A DNA stretch of 64,000 nt from NCBI GenBank assembly GCA_036785375.1, contig JAWMAR010000152.1, positions 2,418,001-2,482,000 of the forward strand. The letters run 5' to 3'. Below the pieces are notes generated by a model. It did no database searches, had not been told where the DNA came from, and saw only the letters and a program-made list of their open reading frames with translations. Both the position numbers and the translations under genes were made by a program. This stretch comes from Leucoraja ocellata (lineage: Eukaryota). Of this stretch, positions 24,553 to 35,730 are shown piece after piece (the first letter of the stretch is position 1; each line of letters starts with the position of its first letter).

Positions 24553-25530
24553 ATCAATAAATAATAAATAGTACAAATAATATAGTATTTCATAGTTCAG
24601 AGCTTATTTGTTATGTTTAATAGCCTGATGGCTGTCAGGAAGAAGCTGTTCCTCAATGTGGATGTTACAGTTTTCAGTTTACAAAAGTCAGACGTGACTC
24701 CAGAAGTCGGGCATAAATCAGCCAGTCCATGAGCCGTGATTCAGTCTGTCAGTCTAGCGACCATGAGTGGGTCACTCACTGCCGCCTCCCCCCTCCACTG
24801 GCATCCCCACCTCAAGATGCTGCCCTCCGCCTGGCTATAGGATGCTCCCCCTCCTGAAGCTGCCCCCATCCCCCGCTGCAGGACACCCCCTCCCTCATCA
24901 GCCCACGAGAGACCCGCCTGAAGCCGTCCCCCTCCCTCGGCTGCAGGACGTTTACCACCCCCAGGGCGGAAGTTTGCAACCTTCACGTGGTCCGCCCTGT
25001 TTCGACTAATGCAATCAACTCGACGTGCACAAACAGAAGATCAAATAGAACAAGTTGTCCTACAACTGTAGGCTGTGCACGCCACACGGAAGAAGAAGCC
25101 ACCCCGACAGCCCCGTCTCAAAAGAATGTTTTGCACAAATTCTTCCGTGAGTCCAGAGGATTGAGAATTACAACAAATTACAACCGCACAATCTCTCTAT
25201 ATTAAATTTTTTAACAACATCAAATAGCCATCAAGATGCAGTGAGCAGCAGAACACAAGAGACACAAGAAAGAACGTAATAATTCTCATCTTTAACATTT
25301 AATTTGTTCATATATTTTAAGTGTAATTCACAACTTAAACTTTAATAAATCGTTTTCCCACTTTTCATGCCTGCGTGTTCTTCATCACAATGGGAACCTA
25401 ATAGGCAGGAATGGCTGCTCTGTGGGAGAGCCGCTAAGTGTGCATGGGGGTAGGTTGTAGCAAGATGGACTGAATGTGTGGGGGGGAGGGGAATGGCAAG
25501 GAGCAGAGTGGGGGGGATGACGGGAGGAGG

Positions 25531-25675
25531 GGTGACTGAATGAACTGCCAGCGTACCAGGCGTGAGTGACTGCACTGCCAGCCCACCAGCCGTGAGTAAG
25601 TGAACTGCCAGCCCACGAGCCGTGAGCGACTGAACTGCCAGCCCACCAGCTGTAAGTGACTGAACTGCCAGCCCA
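25531..25675. repeat. 30-bp minisatellite, ~4.7 copies, inside Helitron
   Basis: Unit cgtgagtgactgaactgccagcccaccagc. Confidence 0.9.
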
Positions 25676-26024
25676 ATAATCCATTCAGTCCACCCTCTCC
25701 CCCTTCTCTCTCACACAGTCTATCACCTGTTTTGGGCAGAATTTCTGTCAGTTTCTCAGCTGCCAGCCTGGCAGGTCCGAGTGACTGTACTGTACAATGT
25801 CTATACTAGCCCTCGAAACCAGTACCATTGGCCCACAACACGCATACTAGCGCAACAGAAAGCCCCCCCCCCGGCGAGCAATATTGGAATTGGTGGAGAG
25901 ATGGAATATTGCGTTGGGTAACCAGCCCTCCCGAGTGATCCTGGGACCCAACGGGTCCCACTTAATCTAGTATAAAATATCAACCTTTAGCAACCTTTAG
26001 CCCAGCATTTTTTACATGGCATCT

Positions 26025-26450
26025 AGCATAGTGTGACTGTGTACACTTTTATACTCTGAGGCTTATCCAGTGGGCTGTGTGTGTACATAATGACCTGTTG
26101 GTCTTGCCCAGCACGTACAGTGCCATAGGGGTCTGTGTTTGTTGAGCTGCATACATTGTGTACAGTGACTTATGGGTCTGCATAGAGTGGGCTGTGTATA
26201 TTGTGTACCTGTACATTGTCTGTATACAATGAGTGGGATTATGTATACTAAACTATGGACAGTGAGGCATGGGTGTACAGTGAGCTGTGGGTCCATGTAC
26301 AATGTCTGTATAGAATAGCGTGTTGGTTTATGTACAGCGAGCTCTGAACAGACCTACCGTGACCTGTAGGTCTGTGTTCAACGTGTACAGTCTATGGGTC
26401 TGTGAATATTCAACTGCATATAGTAATCTGTGAGTTTGTGTATATTAAGT
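26025..26450. repeat. Degenerate minisatellite
   Basis: Recurrent tgtacagtgagctgtgggtctgt-like units. Confidence 0.6.
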
Positions 26451-27087
26451 TGTGTCTCAGACTTTTTCCTTACTTCTTCCCTTTGATTCTGTGTCTCTTC
26501 TGGAGCCAAATGCCACATCAACCTGAATGACGTGACGGTGCCGGGCCCTCTGTGCTTCTTCCCCTTTGCCCTTCTTATTGCTCACTTCCTTCACTATGAC
26601 ACTGGAGCCCTGTGAAGCTGCCTGCCTTCCTAACTAATGATGTGAAGACGACTTGAACCATGAAAATAACCTTCTGCTGACTTTTCACCATTCTGTTTAC
26701 CCATTTTGGAATGTAAAGGAATCAACCAAGCCATGCTAACCATTCTGTCCAGAGCCTCTCACACATTCAACTCCAGTTCCTAGAGCACGGGCTACTTCAG
26801 TTTGTCATGGAACTGTGTAGATATAGACATAGACAACTGTTAAGACATAGTGAGAAGGTTTAGACCAACTTGAACATCCTTCACACTAGTAATTGATGGT
26901 GTTGTGGTATCACTCCACCCAAAGCCTGTCCCAAAGCCATTTCCATCTGTTAATCATTGCATTCCTACTTTTACCCAAGAATGATAATTCTCACTGTCAA
27001 CAATGTATCAGTAATCAGCATTGTCGCCTCGGTCAGTTGTAGCTTCAAGACTTGTAGGTTTAACTATCACTCTAGTCTCTTGGAATT

Positions 27088-27370
27088 GACTCTCTGTCTC
27101 TGTCTCTCTCTCTGTCTCTCTCTCTCTGTGCATCTATCCCTGTCTCGATATCTGGGTGCGTCTCCCTCTCCCCCCCCCCCTCCCCTCTCAATCGCCTCTC
27201 TCTCTCACATGATAACTGTCACTCTCATCCTGATTCTTTCCCTCCTTCATTTCCCCTTTCGTCCATCTCTTTACCTCCTCCTAACTGCTTCTCGTAGTCA
27301 CCCCCCCACCTCCGATTACCCTTCCTTTACTCACCTTTTTCCCTCTGCCCCTTCCAATTTCCCCTATTTA
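27088..27370. repeat. (TC)n microsatellite and pyrimidine-rich low-complexity tract
   Basis: ctctctgtctctgtctctctctg..., poly-C, CT-rich. Confidence 0.8.
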
Positions 27371-28429
27371 TATTTCTAATGTGATTTTATATTTAAAAAA
27401 ACAAATAATCTCCAAATCAACTGATGATCTGGTCATTATCACATTGCAGGTTGTGGAAGCTTGTTATGTTTAAATTTGCAGCGGTGATTGCATTCTGCAA
27501 CAATCTAGGGCAGAGAAAGTGTTAGAGATGCTTCCGTCTTTCTTGCATTTCATCTTTTATCAGTGAAATGATTATTCTCAGTAAATTAATCACCCCTTGT
27601 TTGCAAACTCAAATACAAAGCTGACTTTATCGGACATTTTTTGGTGTATGGAGCTGCAATCATGATAACAACAGGTGTGCGCATCATCGCTCTCTGCAAG
27701 TTGGATGTTTTTTCAGCTTTATTCTGGGAACTCATGGCTGAAGTCTATCAGTACAAGTGTTGATGTTTCTCCCCTCTCTCCACCCCCGTCTTATGAAACT
27801 ACAATGGTATGCCCATTAGAAAAACAACTTCAAGAAAACTTCTCTTAACAAGAACACATTCCTGTTGGCTATTCAACTGCAAATTATGTGGAATTACTTC
27901 AAAGTAATTGGAGAAATTCCACTTTAGTGATAAGGGGATTGTGCTTAACCTCCCTGCCAAATCCTCACTGATGCTCCTCTCCGATGTGGAAACGTCTGAG
28001 TAGACAAGGGACGAGAAAGTCGTTTGCGAGGCTTCTCCTTCAGAGCGGAGTCCTGCTAATCACTGTCTCTAGCTTTCCAAGGTGCACTCAGTGGTGGTGA
28101 TAGTCTGGTTCGGAATGGAACCTGGTATACTGACGCCTAATCATGGAAATCTCAAGCAATGGGGGCCAAGTATGTTGGTGTTGCTGCTGGTTAAATTATT
28201 GGACAGGTAATCCCAAGATCCGAGTTGAAATCCCACCATGACAAGTATGGAAGTAAAGTTCAGGTAAAACTCTGGAATATTAAAAAAAAACAATGGTAGT
28301 AATGATGACAATTAAACTGCTGTATTGTGAAAACCCACCTAATTCATGGTGCCACGAAGAAATCTGCCATCCTTAGTTGGTCTGGCACATGTGCTTCTGG
28401 TCCCATCAATGTGCTTTAAATAAGGACAA

Positions 28430-29245
28430 GTATAAGGGCATGGAAGCAGAGCTGGTTGAAGTGAACTGATGGATTAGATTAAGGGATCAGTCAACTGAGA
28501 AGCAGTGGCAGACATTTAAGGCAATCTTTCAAAACATACAATCCAACAAGAAAGAAAAATTCCAAGGAGAGGACTCGCCATATGTGGTCAACTAAATAAG
28601 TTAAAGGTAATATCAAACGTAAAGAAAATACATATAGTTACACAAAGACAGATGCCAGGTCAGAATATAAAGAAAAGCAAAAAGTAACTAAAAGATTCAT
28701 AATGAAGGAAACATTTGAGTTTGAGATCAAGCAAGTCAGAAATATAAAAACAGATTGTGAGAATTTCAGTAGATAGTTAAAAGAGAGAGAAGAGTTACAA
28801 ATTGATGATCCTGCAGAAAATGAGTCTGGGGAGTCATAATGGAAATGAGATGGTAGATGAATTAAACAGGAATTTTGCATTAATTTTCAGAGGATGCAAC
28901 TAACAACCCAGAAATAGCTGTAAATTGTGAATTGGAAGGGAGGAACAATCTCAAGCAGATGAATAGAACATGGCTGATAAGTCCCTGGGTGCTGATGGAC
29001 TTCATCCCCGAGACTTAAAAGAAGTGGCTTGTGAGATAATTGATGCATTGGTTTTAACTTTCCAACATTCCATAGATTTGGGGAAGGCTGTGTTAGATTG
29101 GAAAATATCAAATGTAGCTTCTTTATTCAAAAATATTTATTCAAGAAACAACAGGGCAGTTAGCTTAACATGTCAGTGGGTAATATTGGAAGTTATTATT
29201 AAAGACAGGGCACTTGGAAAAGATTGTTACATAAGGTCAGAGTGA
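28430..29245 (+). mobile_element. CR1-type LINE ORF2 fragment
   Basis: DKSLGADGLHPRDLKEVACEIIDALVLTFQHSIDLGKAVLDWKISNVASLFK..NNRAVSLT (N-terminal part of RT), with many stops. Confidence 0.8.
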
Positions 29246-32200
29246 GTTTTCACTGGTGAACCAAGCCATAGATACCGCTGAGCAGACTCTCCCTAACAAA
29301 ACACATTTTGTGTATGTTAATCCCTCCCATCGCTGTTCCATCATTTTTGTTTTGTTTATTTATGAAATTTCAGCTACTGCTTAACTTACATCTGTCCCAA
29401 TTTTTATATAGTGCCATGTGTGATAAGCTAATTAAAACATCCGTATTAAATGGCTGTGAGAATTATTTAAATAAGATTGGTTGCTCAGCCTACTTGACAA
29501 CTTTACAACTGTTGGATGCCAGGGACCCCATTGAATTGATGCCCGATGGCAGCATGTGCCAGAAAAGCAAAAGCCCTCACACCAGAGGTTGTAATATCTT
29601 TGCAGGGAATTGTCTTCAAGGACAACTGAGACTGATACAGGACAGAAGGAGGCCATTCTACCTGTTGTGCCAATGGCAGCTCTTTGAAAAAGCTTTAATG
29701 ACATTATTCAGCTTTTACCCACAGCCCTGCAAATAAATCTGCTTTAGGGATCAGGACTACTGTACTGAACACTTTAAATCAGATACTGCTACCAGTAGTC
29801 CAACTCATCAAGTGCTCCATCGTGAAGGTGGGTCAGACCATTTGGCTCTTGACTGCGATGCTGTTGAACCTGATCTTACGATCAGCTGACATTTTCTTTT
29901 CTTGCAAAGACCCTCTTGCCAGGAGCTTGATGTGCTTTGCTGCAGAGCGCAATGCTTCGAGGCAGCCAAGTGTCAGAGCATAATTAATTAACGTTATATT
30001 TGTCTTGTGCAGTTGAAAGGGCAGTTGTGGATCGGACTTCAGCCAAGGCTTTGCAACAGCCAAACAAAGTAAATTTGAACCTTATTAAAGTCCTGGAATT
30101 TTTGTTTAAGGAATTTCTGCCTCGTCTACACCATTGGGAGTGCTTGTGGGGAACTTGGGCACACTTCCTGACTGCTCAGGTACCAGGGAGCTGGAAATTG
30201 GTTAATGGTGCACTTGTTTCAGTGAAATGTGTTGCTGGCTTAAAGGCTTAAAGAAATAGACTTCAAGTCTCACAGCATAGGGCAGGTTTTGAAAGGAAAC
30301 ATGTTGATGATTGACCACAACGTGAGTGAACCTGTTTCATCCTGTGTTTTGAGGGAGCTGTCTAAACATTTTCAGCCTGTAAATGTTTTGCTGTGTATGG
30401 CAGGGATAACATTCTTGCTGCATATTATCATACATAATTTATTTGGTGAGAAAGGTGTTCACATACACCAGAAGGAGGCTGGTTTAATCTGCTGAGTGAA
30501 ACAGCAGTCTTTAGTTGCCAACAGCATGAAACTATTGTCATGATCGGCCCAAATGTAGTCAGATGCAAAATTACCTGCTGAGATGCTGGGTATGTGGTGG
30601 TGAAGCCCTTGAGAGCAACAAAGAGTTATTTTACAAATAAATCCCGCCCACTGTCGACATGTGCAGGAGAGCTGCCATTATTCGTGGACAGGAAGCCCAA
30701 AACACACAGATGATCGATGTGTTGTAAACCTGCAGCATGCTGGCAGTGTTCTTGTGGGCTATCAAACTAACGGTCCTCAAGCCATGGTAAGTGTCTCTTA
30801 ATCTCATACAGGTGTTTAACATCAGGCGTTTTGTATAATATAACTATAGCAACTACAATCTCTCTGACTTCACCCTCCTTGTTTCTCCGGACTTTAATTA
30901 TAATGCACCTATACACTCCTCAGTTACCTGTATCAAAACATAGATCTGGTTTAATTTATTAGTACAAAGGGTGTGTGCATCATTGGCGACACCAGTGTTT
31001 ATTGTCTATCCATAATTGCCCTGATCTATGGTCGTCAGTGGGTATGGAGTTACGTAAGCCAGGCCAGAACAGCAGATTTCCAGGTGGGTTTTTATGAGAA
31101 TCCAGGAGTTTTATGATTACTGCTGACAAGCTAGATTTTAAAACATTCTTCAAATGCTTGAATTTAAATTCCCCACACTAGGGGTTTGAACTTGGGTCTC
31201 TGGATCTAAGGTCCAGACATCATGCTGCCAGTCTAGTTCCTTACCCATTCCACCATCAAATCAATCTGTGAGCTCCACCCTGCTGCTCCCAGGAGCACAG
31301 TCTCTTCTTCCCCTGTAATGTAATGGGATCCAAACACTTCAGACTCAGGAGTTCCTCTTTTCTGCTCTGAATGGGGTCACCAATAGGCTCCTGGGTTTGT
31401 ACCAGACTTTCATGACAGAACAAAAGTCACAGGCTGAAACTTAAAGTGCAGATCTGGGTGGTGCAGAAGTTGAACGGACGTGCTTGGAAATTGTAGACTC
31501 TCATTTCATGCTATTGGCAGTAGAGCCACAGAAACTCTGCTCCCTTTAATAAGGGAATTCCTGTTTAATAAACTTAATTTATGAGCTCCAGTGATTCTTT
31601 TGTCTCTCAGTCCAGAAACATTGAATGCAGCCTCTATACCCCAGCACCCTGCCTACAGCAAGCATCCCAATGGCACCAACCTGGTCTTTCTGTCGTGGAA
31701 CATTTATACACTCGCCACACTGCCTTCTCACTGAGCTGAACGGGCCATTGTCCAAACACTGTCGCCTTTGCAAAGTATCACGCCCATGAGCTGTTTATAC
31801 ATAGAATGTCAGGTCCTCCTTGGGCCAAGGCACTTCAGCTTGAATGCTTCCCAAATTAACTGCTTGCTTTGAGCACACGTCTGGACACAATATCTCCTCG
31901 GATCTCCGCAATCTCACAGCCGAGCCTCGATAAGAGGCAAAATTTAAAAGTTCAAAAGTTGTGAGGCTGCTGGTTTTCTTTTGTGATGAAAGCAGTAAGT
32001 GCTGTACCCTATAAATTCAATTTTGTATACATTTTTTTATGATTGAAATGTGATTTTTCTTTTGGCCCCCAAGAATGAAACTTTATAATTACCCTTTCTG
32101 GGACATTCCTAAAATTCAACCAGGAACTTTTGTGGATGGCAAAGAGACCAGAATTACTGGAGATCTTAGAGGGTTACTAACCTGGAGGATTGAGTCTCAG

Positions 32201-32792
32201 GAGGATTTGAAAACAAGGATGAGAATTAAAAAATCAAAGGAACTGCCTAATTATATGCTTTATTTTTAAAGTAAAACACTTTCAACACCAAATTAAAAGT
32301 TGACTCATTATAAAGGATTATTATATTATTGTGGCTAACCAGACCCTAGAGCTTGAATTGGGAAACAAGCAGTCTTATTCAGAATGTAATGCAGATTGTA
32401 ATTCCTGTGTCTCTTTTCTAAATAAAACTGGGAATTACCAGGAATTTATAGCAACAAAAAAAACTCATGTAGTTAAATAGTGTGGGTGTAGACAGGAAAC
32501 GGGTCGGAGTTTTGAAATGTCTGTTTTGGTTGAAAGATTAATCAGTGTTTGCGTCAGTGGAGCTGTCCATTTCACACAGGGCTGTCAGTGTGCAGCACCC
32601 TGCACTGGTGGAAGGGGGTGGAGGGGTGTTGGGGGGAAGCAAGGGGATGCAGGACGCTCTCAGGGAAGCAGGGATGTGCGTCAGGAAGCCGTCGATCATC
32701 CCTTCTCATTCTGTAGTTGCTTTTGTGACTGTGATCCTCCTTATTGTTCCTTCTTCCTTATCCTGCTGCTTGTCCGGAGTGCTTTAGTCAGG

Positions 32793-32843
32793 ATGAAGCC
32801 TAAAAGTGATACAGAGTGCCCTGTAAAGCCTGGGCGAAGCAGG
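32793..32843 (+). CDS. Candidate alternative first coding exon of tensin gene (MKPKSDTECPVKPGRSR)
   Basis: aggATG, 17 codons, then AGG|GTGAGT consensus donor in phase 0, compatible with 63408. The frame is open from an upstream ATG at 32517. Unique sequence; no transcript evidence. Confidence 0.4.
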
Positions 32844-34879
32844 GTGAGTCTCTCGGCTTTCTATGCCTTTTCTCCTGTCATACGCAGTTGATTCTTGTAC
32901 TCAAAGAGGTAGCCTTTGGTAAATGAAGCAAGAAATGACTTGGATTATTTAGAGTCCCTTCCACCCAGTGCAGATACTGACTCCTCGCCGGGGGTTTCAA
33001 GGTTTCTGCTTGCCTTGCAGTCCTTCATCCAGTGATCAATGTTTGGTGTGTTTTTGTGACTGGTTGGGGCATTCCACTTTATCGCAAGGTCCTCTGTCAC
33101 TTCTGCCACCCCCCAGGTGCAATTTCCAGCAGACATGACTGGGAACCCAGGCTTTTCGAGGGTGATACCTAGGGAATGGTACATCATCAGAGCTGCTGTC
33201 TTGCAGATGTTGAAACAAGCGCCTGTCAGTCTGTGCAAGTAGGCCTATGTGATTACCTGGAATAATTGAAAGGAAAGCAAGGATTTATTCTGGTATCTTG
33301 ATAAATATACCTTCCCCAACAGACCAATTGGTAGTTCATCCCATTCGTGGTTTGTTGCATCTTCCTGGTTGTTTTTTGCCCACCAGGTTTCCTACAAGCC
33401 AACACCATCAGGGTTTGAAAGGTTTTTCCGAAAGAGAACACTATTCTCCAGAACCAGGCTAAGATCAGCTGGGGGTTGAGTCCACAGCACACTTCATAAT
33501 TCAGCCTGGGTGCAGACTGTGGAATGGGACTATTTCCGACCACAGTCGGGTGTAGGAGAGAATCCAGGAGTTGTGCATAATTCCTTCTATCTTATTTAAA
33601 AGGTGATCGGCCTCTCAAGCCGTGGTAACGAGCCTGTCATTGCCTCAGTTTATACTGTGATGTTGCCCGTTTCCTCTCCCACTGTAGGAGTGGAGTGCTG
33701 TTAATGTGTGATTAGAGGATAGAGGTCAGTATGAACAGGACAACTCCTCTATACCAATAGTTTAGCAGTGGGTAAACACCTGACGCAGTGTGGCAAGTGG
33801 TCAATACACTTCTGTTTAGTTATATCACTGCTCTTAAGACTATGAAGACCTGGACTGAAAGTGACTTTGCTTCCCATTAGCTCATTGTGTAACATTCTTA
33901 CCTCCGGTTCCGGTTGTGATTTGAATCCCTTTCCAGAGGCTCAAGCTCGTAAACCCAGGCTGCTGGCATGCAGTGTGGTGCTGATGGAGGTGTGTTCTTT
34001 GTGGATGGGTCATTAAAGCAGAGCCCAGCTTGCTCCCTCAGATGGATGCATAGAATTCTACAACCCTTATCACATTGTTGTAGTGGGATCTTGCTGTGTG
34101 CAGCATGGCTGCTGCAGGGATACATTAATTGATGAATGTTTTGGAATTACCTGAGATTGTAAAAAGCCCCAAGGAGATGCGAATCTTCTCTTTTCAGCCA
34201 TCTTATACCCCATTCGGTGTCAGGTTTTACCCCCATAGATAGTGGCTCTCTGGCTGTGGGTATTTGTGTGATCACATTCACGCCACCTGTTCTCTTGTGT
34301 TTGCTTTGACATTGAACGGAAACAGAAATAGTCCCATTAAGAACAGGCTAAATATTGTTCTGAATGCAGTGCACTTCCTGCCATCCGGTAGCACAAAGCC
34401 ACACAGGACAATTAAAGGACAACAGGCAGCTTTTCCAGCATCGCTCTGAATTGTTTTAAGCTCAGTTTGAGAATAGCCTTTGTTTCTTGGAGGAGCCCAG
34501 TTGCAACTTTGTGCCCAAATTTTGAGCCTGTTTTGTGCCTCGTGGGCCCTTGACGAGCTGCGATGAGGTGTGACGCACTGCAGGCAGATCTGGAGCCCAA
34601 GTCCATTTGTCCTTGAATATCAGAGACAAAGTTCAAGGTGAGAACTTTTTTGTGAGGGTGACCATGGCTGTCCAGAATGGAAAATAAAGGAGTGTAGTGT
34701 GTGAGCAAGCATGCAGAATATGTTGATGTGCACCTGTTTGTATGTCTGTGAGCCATTAAGTGTGACAAGGAGCTATGTGTGTGAGCATGAGCCCATGTGA
34801 TCCCAAGCGTGAGTATGAGCCCTCCTTGTTAATGTGAGCATGAAGTGAGTGTGAACGTGAAGACGGTATCGTTTATCAG

Positions 34880-35730
34880 CGTGCATGCAAGTGTAAGAAT
34901 TTTGGGAAGATTAATAATGGTAGGAAATACACAGTGAATGGTAGGACCCAAGGAAGGGCTGAGGAACAGAGGGACCTTCGTGGTTTCTGAAGGTGGCAGC
35001 ACAGGTAGATGAAGAAGTGATGAAGAAAGGCAGATGGGATACTTGCCTTCAGTAGCTGGAGCAGATTATGGTACACCTTTATAGAACGTTGGTTAGGCGG
35101 CAGCTGGAGTATGTGTGCAGTTTTGGTCACCGGACAACAGGAAGGATGTGAAAACTCTGCAGATCCTGAAAATCTGAAACAAAAACAAAAAGTGCTGGAA
35201 GCACACAACAGTTTAGGCAGCATCTGTAAAAGCAAAACAGAGTTAACGTTTCAGGTCCAAGATGCTTCATCAGAGTAGGAACGATATGATTGCACCGGAG
35301 AGGGTGCCAAAGAGATTTGCCAGGATGTTGAATGAGATGGAGTGTTCCATATATGAGGAAAGACTGGATAAGCTGGGTTTGTTTCCTTTGAAGTGGAGGA
35401 GGCTGATGGGGAACCTGATAGACATAAAATTATGAGGGGCATGGAGAGCGTAGATAGGAAGAGGTGCCTCAAATCAGAGGGTGGGAGGTTTAACGAGGGT
35501 CTGAGGAAGAATTCTTTCTCCCGAAGGGTGGCTGGAATCTGGAACACACTGCCTGAAGGGAAGGTGGAGGCAGAGAGTCTTACAACATTTCATAAGCATC
35601 TGCATGAGCACTTGAATTACCAAGGCATTGAAGGATACGGATCAAGTGCTGTTAAATGATACTAGTGTTTATGGGTGCTTGATGGTCAGCATGGACAATG
35701 TGGGCCAAAGGGCCTGTTTTGGGTTGTATA
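34880..35730 (+). mobile_element. CR1-type LINE 3' fragment interrupted by a Penelope-like pLTR (about 35150-35273, minus)
   Basis: FSRRVAGIWNTLPEGKVEAESLTTFHKHL. The insert is flanked by aggaa(g/c)gat(g/a)tga and its minus strand reads CTGATGAAG...GACCTGAAACGTTAAC. Confidence 0.7.

Larger units (their letters stand above)
23482..25970 (+). mobile_element. Non-autonomous Helitron (~2.49 kb)
   Basis: 5' A|TCTATATTACTAAAAG. At the 3' end a perfect hairpin TGGGACCC-AAC-GGGTCCCA (25942-25960) is followed by CTAG|T. Inserted in an AT dinucleotide with no TSD, carries internal tandem repeats, and has no RepHel ORF. Confidence 0.8.
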
